DNA of 63,971 nucleotides, filler included, from Phoronis australis (GCA_002633005.1; 6 parts of 6 records of this genome joined end to end with filler, not necessarily neighbours in it); one strand, 5' to 3'. Counted from the whole stretch's first letter, positions 1 through 13,790 are shown. Made by a program: numbers and translations. Notes: a model not told the origin generated them from the sequence alone.

Positions 1-72
1 TCGGTAAATAAAACAACAAGAATGGATCAACTGAAATTTCAGTTGATCCATTCTTGTTGTTTTATTTACCGA
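1..72. repeat. Perfect 72-bp palindrome with no spacer
   Basis: Bases 1-36 are the exact reverse complement of bases 37-72 (centre ctgaaa|tttcag). Confidence 0.95.
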
Positions 73-1288
73 TTTATATTCTTCATTTCATGAAACAATA
101 GTATCCTTGGGAGGATCTGGATCGCCTTATTTAGTTTCAGATATATTTTCTACGCTGATTATACTTGACGTGCACACAGTTTTCCAGATAGTCAGTAGGT
201 GGCGCTTGACTCCAATTTTAAATATTCATGGTTTTAATGAGACATAGCATCTTTAAACCTAGCACTTCTCTGTATCACTGAGTCCACTGAAAATTAATGC
301 CAAATACTTAGCCGTGGTTATCTCGTCAGTCACTGCTTGTAACCTTTGGTAATTTTTTGTCAAGCCCAACTGGGTCAAACGTGTGCGCGTAGTAGTGGTA
401 AGTATAGTGCGGAATGCTGACCAGCAAACTGGCAGCACAGTGTAAATAGACCTTAATGCTTGAATGTGTTTCTGTTCCGTGTGTTAACTTTTTAGACTCT
501 TCATAGAAAAGAATCAAATCTGCACGCTAGCCGTCTTCATTACTTGCAGTGTATTATGTTGTGTTGGTCTGCATGGTTTGATTTCCATGTCCACGAACCA
601 CGCTCGTAATTACACTCATTTACACATATTTATGATTGATTATTACATTGAAATGTATTTACACCTTAGTTGATTGTGTGGTCTTTGGTTGTTTTCTTAA
701 AACTGTGGAAGTGTTGTTACATTTTGCGTGAATCAAATGTTTACAAAGTAGTAGTTTTACTGCATTGTCTTCGTTTTGCTCCTTTTGATAGAAACGTGGA
801 GTAACAATTACTCTAATGGAGGCGCATTAGTTCAGGTAGTATTTCTCTTTTTGTACTGCACTTAGGATGTGTGTCGGAGTAAAAACTTCTCAAACTCAAT
901 GTTATTTACACCCAGCTCTTTGTAAAGAAATCAAACATATCCACGCTTTCATTCTTGTAACATTTCTGTGGTAAGTCCGACTTTTGATAATAATTAATAA
1001 TGCTTATTAATCATCCAAACCACTGTGCAATTTGCAATTTACAACAGGTTAAGTGATTCTGCACACGGGACATGGTGTGGTGGTGTTGTCATGACAACAC
1101 GCTGAAATGTGCTCCTTTGGGGGCGTAGCTATACATTACAGACTCATCACCACTCTGGTTGAAACAATTGTGTAATGATTACATAATGGTCATTGCCAGA
1201 TGATGTTTGTTTTGGCCACATATTGTACATCCAGTAGCATGAGCTTTGGAAACTTTATTACTAAACGTAAACTGTTTTATTTTTTCAG

Positions 1289-4200
1289 CCGGAGCAAAGT
1301 GCAATAGACATGACTGAAGATGAGGTATGAGATTTTAGTTCTGTAAAACTGGTTCCCATGACATATAAAGGGCCTTTCCTATTACGGAATAAATTTAGAA
1401 TAATGAACTTATATTCTTTCGCAACCATGAGAATTTTAGGTCCAATGTGAAAGATGAGTTAGACCGGCCTGAATTTAGGATGGTACTAAAGTTAGAATGC
1501 TCAAAAAGATTGGATTAGCAAGGGAACTTGTTAATAAGTTATTTTGATTACGTAAGTGCAGTTCAAATGATTTAGACTGGTTCATTTTCTTGACTGTCTG
1601 AAGTTGCTTTGTCCAAGCAGAAAGCATTCCTTAGAAACTTGTTAGAAAAGTTGGACTTTAGATTCTGGAGAACTTAAACTTTTATTTTGTTCTTTAAACA
1701 TAACTAACGCAAACTCTGGGCCTAGTACAGGAGAGGAATGGCCTCATTACAATGTCAAGTAGCTTCCATTAGAACAAGTAATAAAAGTGCCCATCCATCA
1801 AACCGTTATGCTTTCAGCATTCGTAGCTGAGAAAAATAGAAATAACGCAATACCCAGACTTATCATAGTTGAGAATTCAAACCATGCTCTGCCATCTTGT
1901 GACTCCGTGCTACAAGTTCTTTCCTGTTGTTATGTCACACACAGTAGAAAGTGCCATACTGGGAGAGTTGGAGTCCTTCATTTCGGTTAACGTAAGACTG
2001 TAGAGTGTGGTTTAAAACACAGAAATGAATAAGTATGGTGTTCTTGAATGATTTCTGCTCGACTCAAACTCACCAGAGACTAGAAAGTATTTGTGTGCTG
2101 GTAATAGTCGTCACTGTATTATCTTTACGTTGGTATTTTTATGTGCACTCTGTAACATCCAGCAATCACAATTTTTGACGTTTTTGTTTTCAGCTAGAGC
2201 AGTGGGAAAGTGAACAGTTGACAATGAGAATAAATTTTGATGGTTGCCAGATTGACCCTGCACCATTCCAACTGGTTGAGAGGACATCTTTACATAAGGT
2301 ATGGGACAAATACACTGTTCTGGTTTTATGAAAAAGCATGTTGGACAACCGATTCAGATGGCAGATAAGCCGGTTAAATCAAACGTTCACATGGTGTATC
2401 TGCCACCTGATAATGCGACATGTGAACACAGTCTGAGTGTATAAATGTTCTGTTTAAAGTCGTATAATTGTGTTTTTCAACTGTTTATTGTGTTCACACA
2501 ATGTATAGGTGACAGTGTGATCTCATGTTGTCAATATTTACCTCTTATGGCAATCAAAAAAGACATTTACGGTTCAGATAACTGTTGAGGATCTCTCTTC
2601 TCTTTATCTCCCCTGTTAATTCTTCAGGTGTGTCTTACCTCACGGACAGAATATTTAATATGTCAGCCATTCGAAATTTACGAATATTTTGTTCTGTTCT
2701 TTTGAAGTTTATCCACTTTGAAATTAAAAGTATATTGTTGAATACATGACAGGAACTATTAGTGGTGTGTATTTTCTTGTGACATCTTTGAATTAACTCT
2801 TGTTCGATATGAAAAATGAAGGAAGCATGATTTTTTACCGACACTGGAAAGTTTGGTAATTTTGCTCTTTCTACTGAGGAATTGCAAATTTCTGAAATGT
2901 CAGGAAAAAAGTTAAAGTAAGTCTCCAGAAGTTGGACGACTAGATTTATGTATTTCTTACCAATTATGTCACGTGGACAAATTATAAATAAATTATGTGC
3001 TTCGTCTAATTGTTTCACACGCTGGAGACAAACTTCGACTGAACGCTGTCAGACTCTGACAATCTTGAGTAAACATCTTGATATGGAATGATATGGCAGC
3101 TTAGTCAAACTTGTGACAATGAAATAGCATTTTGTCAAATTTTATAGGTAAAAGTTTAATATGACATTATTGTGCCTAAACACTTGTTTAATATGTAATG
3201 TTCTTGCTCAGCAACTTGTCGCGATTTCAACATCATGGACGGAGATACATCTGTCGAGATTTTGTCAAGATTTAGCAAAAGGTGAAGCAGATTCTAATCG
3301 AAAATTGATGGATCTTAAGTCACTGTTTTGTGCGCCAAAATTTTGTTTATTTTCACCATTGTCCTATTTATTTTGAAAACTACCAGTAGTTGCAGTCCTT
3401 TTACTCTACTGTAGGTGCACTCATTGTTCTCTCTGCTTGGTCTCAGTCATGCGTACGTTACCAACGTTGGCCGGCTAATGGGGGTAGTGGCCCTCAAGGA
3501 GGTAAATCTATGAGTTTTGTTACCTTTCATGTGTTATACTGTTTTTGTATCAAAAGCTTCAACATTAAAATATCCTGCTTAAAATGTCGTTTAGCTGTAG
3601 TGTCAGACCTAATGTGGTCTGGAAATACTTTTTTGTAAATGATTGTTTATCTCAATTACTGGTTCAAAACTTCATCTTCGTAATGGGAAATGAGAAACAA
3701 GAATTTTATTGGGCGTATTTACTCTGCCAGAACGAAGGACATTGATTGTGTGGTGATGTGATATTTTTTTAGTTTTTTTTCAGAAAAATTTGACCCGATA
3801 TCAGTGGTGTGGCAATGCCTTTTCTTTTACTCAACTAAAACCGGAAATAGTATTGCTGTGACATGATTGGCTGTACTGGTGTTGACCTGGGGGGTCTCTC
3901 GCTGCCCCCACCAAATGAAACCTTGGTCCACCATAGATTCATACTCATTTATCCAAGTCATTATAGCAGAGTTGACAATCCTTTACATTAAAAATGTAGT
4001 TAAACGTTTTTGTGAAGATTTCGAAAAACAGATTTTGGCAACAAATGATGCAGACGTGTGCTTTCTCTCTTTGCCACTTCTTAAATGAGTTGGGCTCAGA
4101 CCAGAACCAAATATGTTTATGCCTTACTCTAGACTTATATTTAAGAATTTGTTCATTTCTTGTTAAAAAGATTAAAACAACTGGTGCGAGGTGAACAAGG

Positions 4201-4621
4201 TGTTTGCAAAACATGTATACGAAACAAAAGTCTTCGTTTGAAATGGATGTGATTTCTTGCCATTGCTGGTGATCTGGGTTGTTATATTGAAAAAGACAAA
4301 TGAAGTGAGAATATCTTGTAACAGTGCCATCTGTTGAGCAAAGTTCTGAGTAGAGTGGTTGGGTACCAGCCTGTAAGTTCTTTTGAGATGATCACTTGTT
4401 TGTTAACATGCCTGTGAGGGGTCTGTTACCTGTTCCAGGTCCGTGTAGCACTCCAGAAATCAGGCGTAAGCATTGGCCAGTCTGAAGAGGGCGGAAATGA
4501 ACAATATTTTGAAACAGAGCTTGTCCCAGAGCAGCCGGACTTGTTTAGTTTACGGCGAATCATCTCACAGGTAGACAAGCCGAGTGAATCTGAGCAAAAC
4601 GTTGAGGAGACCAATGTGTGA
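1289..4621 (+). CDS. CLCN2: ClC-2-type voltage-gated chloride channel, 3' exons (CBS2 domain and C-terminal tail); 5' part lies outside the window
   Basis: AG/GT-bounded phase-0 exons 1289-1324 ([12 protein letters not shown]), 2194-2298 ([35 protein letters not shown]), 3415-3501 ([29 protein letters not shown]) and 4439-4621 (VRVALQK...EETNV*). [26 protein letters not shown] is the ClC-1/ClC-2 CBS2 signature. A weaker candidate upstream exon is at 792-835. AATAAA near 5054. Confidence 0.9.
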
Positions 4622-5356
4622 CTGAATATCGGACACAGTTATTGAATATTCTTAGTCAAACAAGAAATTCAAGAAATCTATGCAAGTATGTGTGAGTGAA
4701 TATGGACGCAGAACATTTGTGAAATGGCATATAGATGTCTTCCAGTTTCTGTCAAGTGCTGTTGGTCAGGTAATTGTCATTTCAGTAATTGTTGGCCTGG
4801 TTGTTTATGGAACGCCAACGTGCTCTTTTCAGAATGCCTGCATTGCACTTGTTCATGCGAGTGCCTTGATATCATGGCTGTAGAATGCTCTTGTGAATTT
4901 TGTAAGTCACAGGAAGTCAGACAGATGCTCAGATTGTATTACTATGACAGATTGCTTAGAAAACCGATGTTGGAGAATCGACAGCAAGTGCCTGAACAAA
5001 CATCCACAGTGCTACGACGTCTATTGCAAGACACAATGCAATGAATGCATTCTCAATAAAAAAACATGGTGGTGTTCCATTGTTGTACAGCGGCTCCTTC
5101 TCAAGGAACTGGTGCGTACATGTTGTACATCTTGTTACAGCCTTTACAAATCAATAAGAACAAAATGTTGGTTAGAGAACTAACATTCAGTTTGTGACCA
5201 ATTCATTAGTGAGGTTACACTGTAGGTAAGACCCAATCTCACTAACTTCTCAGTAGTACGATTCATTTTCTAAGAAAAATAAGTGAGAACTGACTAAGCG
5301 TTGTACAATCTTAATAAGAACTTTTGTGAAAAGTGGTGCATTCGAGGCACATTTTT

Positions 5357-6035
5357 CACGGGTGAGAAACAACATGACCGCCGATCCTCTAAATCGGACT
5401 GACTCACCCGAAACAGGACCTCCGGGGATCAAATGGGACTGCCACACCAGAAAATGGGACTGACGCACCTAAAAACATGACCACCCCACCACAAAACAGG
5501 ACCGTCGTGGACTGAACATGACCACCGGACAAAATGTAGTCATCAAGGCCTTTGTATGATACTGTGGGTTATGACGTAACCGGTCAGCTAGCAGTGTAAA
5601 GACTCGCCAAAATAAAGCTATTGAGCTCCGTTACTGGTATTAAAATACAAAAAACTTGTGACGAAATGAAACCAGTTCCGATACTTTGTTATGCCATGTA
5701 CGCAACCTCCTAGAAGAGAAGAAGAGCTAACTGAAGAATCGGTGAAAAAAGGAACTGGTCAATGTAAGCTAACCTAAATTGTATGATCTGTGTAGGCCTA
5801 CCGGTAATTAATCTTAGCTTGTTTGTCATTGCGGTTTCAATCCCCTGCGGTTATGTTCAATCCCCAGCGGTTATGTTCAATTCCCGGCGGTCCTGTTTTC
5901 TGGTGGGGCGGTCATGTTTTAGGTGCGTCAGTCCCATTTTCTGTTGCGGCAGTCCCATTTGATTCCCGGAGGTCCTGTTTCGGGTGAGTCAGTCCGATTT
6001 AAGAGGACCGGCGGTCATGTTGTTTCTCACCCGTG
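5357..6035. mobile_element. Non-autonomous DNA transposon (MITE) with long TIRs, CACTA/CMC-like
   Basis: Termini CACGGGTGAGAAACAACATGACCGCCG...CGGCGGTCATGTTGTTTCTCACCCGTG; imperfect TIRs of about 170 bp built from repeated AAACA(T/G)GACC motifs; TT on both flanks. It also explains the mirror-image ORFs 5250-5468 and 5923-6141. Confidence 0.85.
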
Positions 6036-8318
6036 TTGTTGGCAAAGTTTCTCCCCATTCCGTCTGTTAACAGCTCGTTTCGTGAGATGTTACGACAGGT
6101 TCAAACCTTTTGAGAACTGCGCTGGTATAGCAGGACCTTAAATTAAAACCTCAATCATTCATTAATGTATAGTGTTTGCTCTGCTGCTGATTTTACAGTG
6201 GTATTTAAGTATTACGGTTCAAATACTTCAGTTAGGGACATAATATGGCAGACAAGTGAAATTTCATTTACAGTGTTAGTGTCAAATTTTTCAACAAAGA
6301 TAACTTTTCAAGAAAATTTACTTTGATTTTAGCATAGTTTGTATGGTGTAGTTACATTACCAAACAATATTTGATAAAATTTTGAGCATTTGCAACAATG
6401 TGGTAAGCTTCTGAAAAATAGAAATATGGCAATTTTAGGGTTTTTGTCTCAAATTGAAGTATTTTTGCCGTAATATTTTATTCAAAATTGTGTGGCATTG
6501 TATTGTTATCAGTGGTCAGGAAAGTGGAAGATACTCAAATAATCAAAGATCAGGATGTTTGAAGTGAGATGTTAGTGAAATATTCCTTAAGAAAGTTTCG
6601 CAGAATGCTCTGAGTTTTTTTACTGTTTATACAGATATCAGACTGATTCAAGGCATTGAATGTTGCGATCTCTGTGGAAGATTTTGGGTGATTTGGAATA
6701 TAGTAAAGTCTCGCCAAATTCGATAAATGATAATTGCCAAAATTGCACTTTTTTCATTTTCAAGGTTTTTTACTATCGGTTCGAATGTCCACATTTTTAC
6801 AGTATTGTCTTTTGGTAGCTATTTGAATATGACAGCGCACATTGGCTCTATCCATCATTTATGCAAACAATGGGAAAATAAAATGACATCTTAATGCAGT
6901 ATTGTGTGCTAAATTGGTGAGATTTTACTGTACAAACAATATGAGGGAAACGATGATGTTTTGTTTTTTTGTGATCCTGTTCGGTAGAAAATAATGTTAT
7001 AGATAATAATGTAGTAACTGGTATGAATTAATCGGCCAAAAGAAAGTGGCATAATTGGGTCTGGTCTGCACCCAGTTCATTTTGAAACCTGCACCTCACA
7101 GTTTAATTTAAATAATAAATGCCCTCTGTCTTCAGTCGAAGTGATTGCAAAAGCTACATGAATGTAATGAAAGCAATATTTTTGTTGAACAAGTTACCTT
7201 GGCAACTCAGCGACAGCCACCTCTTTCATGACCTCATTTTGACTCAGTTTTTGAGCAGTGGCAGTCACTTTTCAAACAAGTTTCTCTTGAAAATTATACA
7301 AATTGAATAATTTACCACGTCACTGCATCGGCTTTCAAAAAGTTTGCAGCCCAGAACTAATTATGCTATTTTCTTTGGCCTTGCTGTCTGTTGCCATGTG
7401 CCTGTTTCTTGCATTTTGTGTTGCAGGGAGTTCTAGTAAACATTTGTACAGACTCTGTCAGCTTCAAAGCATTGAAATAATCTTCAGGAGCAATCAGAGA
7501 ATGGCGCGATATTAACAGTGCTATAAACTTTCATTTTTCTGTCTAAATCAGTCCAGAGTGTGGAAGTAAAGCCAACAAATAAGCTTTTCGTATCCATCCC
7601 AGTACAACTGTACATCTAATTGCCTGATTGCATTGCAATTGACAAATCAGCTTCATTTTGAAGAGCCTGTTTTACAAATTCGTGATCTGTAATATCCTTG
7701 AGTGCTTGTCCAAGCATTGGAAATTTTTTAAGAGGCAGCTAGCTTTCAGAGGACTCTATTGGTATAAACTAGGTATTTAAACCATGCGAATTTGACTCTA
7801 TAAACAATGTAACATTATAATTAAACAGACTCTGCTTGTCTTACGTGCTCAAACTCTTGACCAATTCAGATGACAAACTTCTGTGATACCTGTGCAGAAT
7901 TAGAAGTCTTATAATTGTCTTGGTGCTAGGAAGTGAAGCAATTCAATTTAAAATGTAGCTAATATCTCTAGTTATTAAATTGTGTCAGTCGCAATAGTGC
8001 AATTCCATCAGATTGTATTCCATTACCTCCTCACTTAAATCGTGTAAATTGCATTATTCGATAGTTTTGAGCTCTCTAAATGAGTTCTTTAAAATGAGCT
8101 CAACCGAAACGAGCACTCATGTTAGATCAATAAATGATAGTTTCATGTCCAAGACCAACAATCATAACACATATTTACTATGAGCCGTCATATGCCGTGT
8201 GACTAATCACCAAGGGACTTAGTCGTAAGGGGAGATAAACCTGCGTTCCATCTCAAAAACAACTTTTGATTTAGACCACTGATGTTAATGTTCCATATGT
8301 AAATTGGACGTGGATTGA

Positions 8319-8517
8319 GGGGCCTGTTTCTTAAAGAGGGACTGAAGACTGAAATAAAAAATTTGGTCTTGCACTCCACACAACTACTTGTGGAAAATAA
8401 TTAAATCTCATTTGAGTAAAAGTGCACAATCTCTGAGAATATACACATAACTGCTAGTTAAGGTAATTTATAAAGGACCAAATTTCTGTCTTGAGTCACT
8501 TTTCATGAACTGTCCCC
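8319..8517. mobile_element. Degenerate small MITE, possibly PIF/Harbinger-like
   Basis: GGGGCCTGTTTCTTAAAGAGGGACTGAAGACTGAAAT at left resembles the reverse complement of ATTTCTGTCTTGAGTCACTTTTCATGAACTGTCCCC at right. Confidence 0.5.
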
Positions 8518-11244
8518 AGGGGTTGAAGGTCATTGAGACCGGGTTCTACGAGTTGGCTTCTCACGGCGTGTTGTTTTAGTCGTTGATCATCGTCTCGAGT
8601 AATAAGGAACTGCAAGCTCTTTGCAAGACCAGAAATCACTTCTCATCTGGTCAGAGAGCAGGCTCAGAACAAATTTATAGTCTCAGTGGGTGGTCTGAAG
8701 CAAAAACTCAATTGTTGGGCAGAATGCAGCTTTGTATCCTCTTAAGTGGTTAGTTAGAAAATTGTTTATTTGTATTCTTTTATTGACCCATATTTATGAG
8801 CTTGTGCTGTTAATCTATGTCAACTTGGCTTTTTATTAAGTATTAACTTATTTTTCTGAGGTGTAATCAAGATACCTATGCAATATAGGTGGAATTTTGT
8901 TATGACAGTCATGTGCAACACCTGATTATTCCAGTTTTCATCAATATATTTTTATATTATATTATATTTGAAAGAACTTGGGTAGTTTTTCTGTATGTTC
9001 GTCACACACATCAACATATTGTGCAAAGTCCTTAGAATTAAGGGCCTTAGTCCCTGAACTTTAAGGGTTGTTGGTTAAAAAGTTCTCAGGAAGTTTCTGC
9101 TTGAAATAGGCGACTCGCTTACCCAGATTTGGTCCCCAGGTCGCGTCTCGTGGAGATGGAGTATTAGTGGCAATCAGGGATATGACTAATCCAAGTGTTT
9201 CATAATGACAAGCAATCAGTCCATTGGAAATTTAAAGAAAGATCTACGAGTAAATGTGCGACACTGATGTGTAATGCTCCCTTACTTTGTGGGTACTCCA
9301 ATGGGGCTCTTTATAAATTGCCACTTAATATCTGCACGTTACAGCAGTATTCTGCTACCCTCTGTAAATGCATTACTTAAGTGGTAATGTGGGGTTAGTT
9401 ATACATATGGTGCAGTAATAAGCTGGAAAAATTGTAATGAATCATGTTTTTATTTGACGCTTTCTATAAATCTTGAGTGTGTGAAGAGATCTTGTATGGA
9501 ATTCATCGATTAAGTCCGTTTTGTGGATTTAGCAACAGCAAGCCAGACATTTTTGAAGAGAGAACCATGTATTTTTCATTATCAGCCAACCATAATTTTT
9601 GGACATCATTTCCCAACCAATAGGTTACTTTGTTCAGTTAACCAATGAGAAACCATGTTACACCATCTTTTCACAGTAGAACCTCCTGTATCACTGGGAA
9701 AGAGTATTATTGGCCAGTTTAGAGAAAGTGTGGCCTGTGACCCCATTGAGGTTGGTGGTTGCCCTCTATACATTATACTATTTTTGATCACCAACAGTTA
9801 AACCAATTGCCCTTTTTAATCAAAATCCAATTTTAATTAAACTTAAAATTTATCATTTCATTCACTACACTTGTGTATTTCTCTGTACGAAATTATTGGA
9901 GATTTATTAATTTTATCTCTATACAACAAAAATATTAACCTTGAGCCTACGTTTGAGCAGTTATCTTGTTATACACTTTTTGCCGTCAGTAGTTAATATT
10001 GTTTTTCAACAAGTCATTGCAATTTTTAATTGAGGTTGTCGCATTACTTTACAACTACATTTAAGCTAACAATAATATTTCTCTTAGTTGTAAAATGACT
10101 GCACAAAAATTGTCACAATCCTGAAGATGGTGTTCCACATTCTCCAAACCATAAGAGGTTTCGCCTGACCAAATTTGCTTTGTGATACACCATCATGGAT
10201 GGATTATGTTTTTGTTTTCAAAACTGTAACAGAGCCTCCAGTCGAAAATAAGATACACCATCATTTCGTAACATTTTTATTGGGACACGGAAGACGAGTA
10301 CACAAGTGATCTATTGGCTAAGAGAAAATGAATCGCTTAAACTTGGCTAACACGACTTGATGGCTATGTGCTTACTTCCACTGTCACTTCATCTCGAAAA
10401 ATGAGTCGTTAATTTTCATAATATTTATAAATAGTTTTCCACGAGTGCCTCCAAATACCATTTTACTATCTCAAATTTTCAGTTGTGCTAGGTAAACTAT
10501 TAATCATATCGCGAGTACCTGTCTAGAAAATGTCTGAGGTGATTTCACAATGTTACGAAGGGCACATTTATGTTTAAACAAGATTTTAGAGATTGAAACG
10601 AAAAGAAATTTAAATATTGACAACATATACACCTAGTTTCGTTTTTAGACAATTCGTTAAATCTAGACAACTGTCTACTATAATTCAATATATCTCAGCT
10701 GATATATAATCTAAAGCACGATTAAACAGTCTCAGTGAAACAGATTACAAAGGCTACCTATGTACAACTTTCAGTGATTTTGCTCATCTGGTTCACCCGC
10801 TGATGCATGACATCTGTTGGGACGTTTTCGAACTACGAACACTCAGAACACGACTGGAATGTAATCATTATATACACCGTAGTTGACGTTAACGAAACAA
10901 ACACATCTATGTTTCACATGTAACTGGTGTACAATAGTGTCCGCTCTGTTTGTTGATAAAATATTCATTAAATACTCTTTCCTAACGCAAGCTACCTTCT
11001 AAAAGCAATCCAAACAAAAGAGATGGACTTACAGGACAAAATACAAAAAGTGTTCTCTTAAGACCACCACCCTTCTGTACACGTAAATACTGCAATAGCA
11101 ATCCTTATACACATTGCGCTAACATATCATTTACAGCTCGTCAACTTTCCAAAATTGCACCATAGGTGCACTGTCTTATCAAAATGTACCTCGTAATCAT
11201 TTTAAAAAACTGAATTAAGAATCGCAGAGAAAATGCATTGAAAT

Positions 11245-12431
11245 TTAAAACGACAGCGTTGAGTCGTCCCACTCGAGTTCTCTGTCTTTAATTTTTTCCG
11301 ACTCGTCCTCCGAGCTCTCTATGTCGTCACGTGCCAGACTATTTCCCTCATCATCGTCACTGTCACTGTCATCATTGTGCAGTTGATCAACTTCAAACTC
11401 TTGCTGCAACTCCTGAACAACAAATAAGACACGACTGTAATGAACAGCCCTTAAACACGGTGGCAACGCGAATACATCAGCCATGACAAAACTGAGAGTT
11501 CTGTTACAGAAAGAAAAAAAAATAAAGAAGATACCAGACAAAATGTGGTGACAGTTTTCAATTACATAAGGTTAAGAGACTGCATCAGACACTGTGAGAG
11601 CGCAGTGAAGTGCCCTACTTACAGTAGTCGCCCCAGTTTTACCCTTGACCCCAACTTACGTTCTCAAGAGGGTTGACCGTGATGTTGAGTGTCGAGTTAT
11701 CCCAGTTGTCATCCCATTCCATCTCCTGCTGCTCCTCCACAGTCACCACCTGAGTGCGCTGGTGAGCTGCACGAATCCTCACCACGCCGAGAACGATCAT
11801 GAAGGCCAGGAAACCGACACAGACAACAATGATGGTGATGATACCAGCGCCTGTTGAGGGTGAGAGGTCAACAATATAAGAATTTGAATAAGATCATTAT
11901 TTGAGGTGTAGCAATTCTACGACCAATAGGACTGGCCATGCAAGTACATTGACAAGCAGTTTTAAACAAGGATCAACAATTACTACAAGTCTACAAAGCT
12001 ATGGAGGAATACCAATTCATAACTGTTTGCTACAAAAAGAAAAAGGAAACTGGTATGACTTCCAGTCCCAAGTGTACACCATCTACCCCATACATTCCAA
12101 AATAAGAGTGACGTACTTGTTCCAGCAACCTTGCCCTCCTGTCCTTCTTTCCCTTCCTCCTCCAGGTGGAGCTCGTGTGGGTTGATTGGCAGGATCTTGT
12201 TGACGACCACCTCCTGTTTGTGATCCTGAACGTGAGCCACGTGCACCACAGGCTTGGCTGATGGCTTGCGAACCAGCACATCCAACTGGACGCGGAACTC
12301 GTTGCTGACAAACCGTCCATTCTGGTCAGAGCACTGCAGCCGGAACCGACGGCCAACAAAGTCCTTCGGACGGTCGGTGTAATAACCGAGGTTACGGATA
12401 AACTTTTCAAAACCGTGCACCTTGTCGATAC
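11245..12431 (-). CDS. CLSTN1: Calsyntenin (alcadein), last three exons: membrane-proximal ectodomain, TM helix, acidic tail with W-acidic kinesin-light-chain motifs
   Basis: Exons 12117-12431 (...RRFRLQCSDQNGRFVSNEFRVQLDVL...), 11660-11850 (IIVVCVGFLAFMIVLGVVRIRAAHQR...EMEWDDNWDNSTLNITVNPLEN) and 11245-11412 (acidic stretch...LEWDDSTLSF*), with compatible phases. Upstream exons are lost at the 12588 spacer. The paralogue number in the symbol is nominal. Confidence 0.93.
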
Positions 12432-12587
12432 CTGCAAGGCAACACAGAACAGGAGTAGAGAATCCCATAGCGGGACAACAATACCTTAATTATTCATGTA
12501 ACTGCAACTACAGGAATTTCAATCTCGTCAGAAGTAACTTAAAAGCATTTTCCATTAAAACTTCCAATTTTACTTCTTGAGTGAGTA

Positions 12588-12687
12588 NNNNNNNNNNNNN
12601 NNNNNNNNNNNNNNNNNNNNNNNNNNNNNNNTTAATTAATTAANNNNNNNNNNNNNNNNNNNNNNNNNNNNNNNNNNNNNNNNNNNN
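12588..12687. other. Artificial assembly spacer (also at 19507-19606, 35396-35495, 42311-42410 and 61367-61466)
   Basis: Identical 100-nt N44-TTAATTAATTAA-N44 block; the 12-mer places stop codons in all six frames. Confidence 0.95.
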
Positions 12688-13013
12688 TGTCAAAAAAATT
12701 TGGAAACGAGATCAAAATATCCTAAATTTGAGTGGATTTTTTTTCAAATATCAGGGTCTGCACATATGATTTTGATCACAAAAAAATTGTTGGCTATCAA
12801 GACTGAAACAGTTTGAACAGAAATACTTTTTCACATGGAAAATATCCTTCCCTTCAATCAAAAATTCTGAAATGGGAAAATCTTGTTTGGAAAGTTGAAG
12901 TACAATCTACACAAATAATATTTTCCATAATAGTCACATATGATAAAACATTGATGTTAATAGATTATTTTAATAACTTAGTCTTATCAAAATGTCATAG
13001 GGAAGAAATTGAT

Positions 13014-13790
13014 TAACATAGGGGACCCACACTTCGACTGCCTTCGGGCGAAGTTGCCTAACAGTAAGGCCCACTCTCTTACCGTCTTTAGAGGGGTCCC
13101 TATATTAATATAGAGGGCCCCCACCTAAAAGCGATGGAAAAGCGGGGTCTTTTAAATTAATAAAGAAGTCTCACTCTCTGGTCGTCTTCTATGGGGGCCC
13201 CATTTCTGAGGTCCAAATTTTTTTCTGATGTCATTTTAATAATTAAGTCAACATAAAATAATAAGCTACTGATTCTGTCACAACTATCTACATAAGGTCT
13301 TGGAACAAGTGTACAGGTCAAGAATACAGATATTGGAAGGAGCATGTACATATAAGTGAATCGTTAGATTAGTTGGAATTTTTTAAAAATCGTCGAAATC
13401 TAAAACTGGCCACAGAAGATGCTGAAGAAGTCGACTCTGTTTGAAAAGCGACTGGTGATGGCACAGTTCTAACACACACATCTGCATCAAGTTTCAGCAA
13501 AACTTGTCAAGTTATTTGCCAAAACTGGACAGTCAAACTGTCCATTTGTTCTCAAAAACTGTTAAAATGAACAGGGGATACCATGGTAATCTAATCCATC
13601 CAAGTTGGCAGTCAGCCCCACCATATAAGTCATATATCTGTGTCAAGATCCATAATTAGCAGTTTTAGAGTAAACCAATGGTCAAGCAAACGAACATAAC
13701 GACGGATGACGGAAGGAAGACAGACAGACAGACAGACCGACGGGATGCTGACTATACCAGACCACACATTTTTTGAGCTTGTATAGAAAG
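13014..13790 (-). mobile_element. Probable Helentron-associated (DINE-1/HINE-like) element remnant
   Basis: (GACA/GACG)n microsatellite at ~13700-13742 near one end, a short hairpin (CTTCG...CGAAG) at ~13032-13053 at the other end, and an AAGTTTCAGCAAAA core phrase. Boundaries are approximate. Confidence 0.4.

Noticed and set aside
101-108. GTATCCTT, a U12-type donor
   Set aside because: No convincing exon before it and no clear U12 branch site downstream.
4680-5183. Overlapping Cys-rich ORFs after the ClC-2 stop
   Set aside because: They lie in the probable TG-rich 3'UTR and show no motif or splice support.
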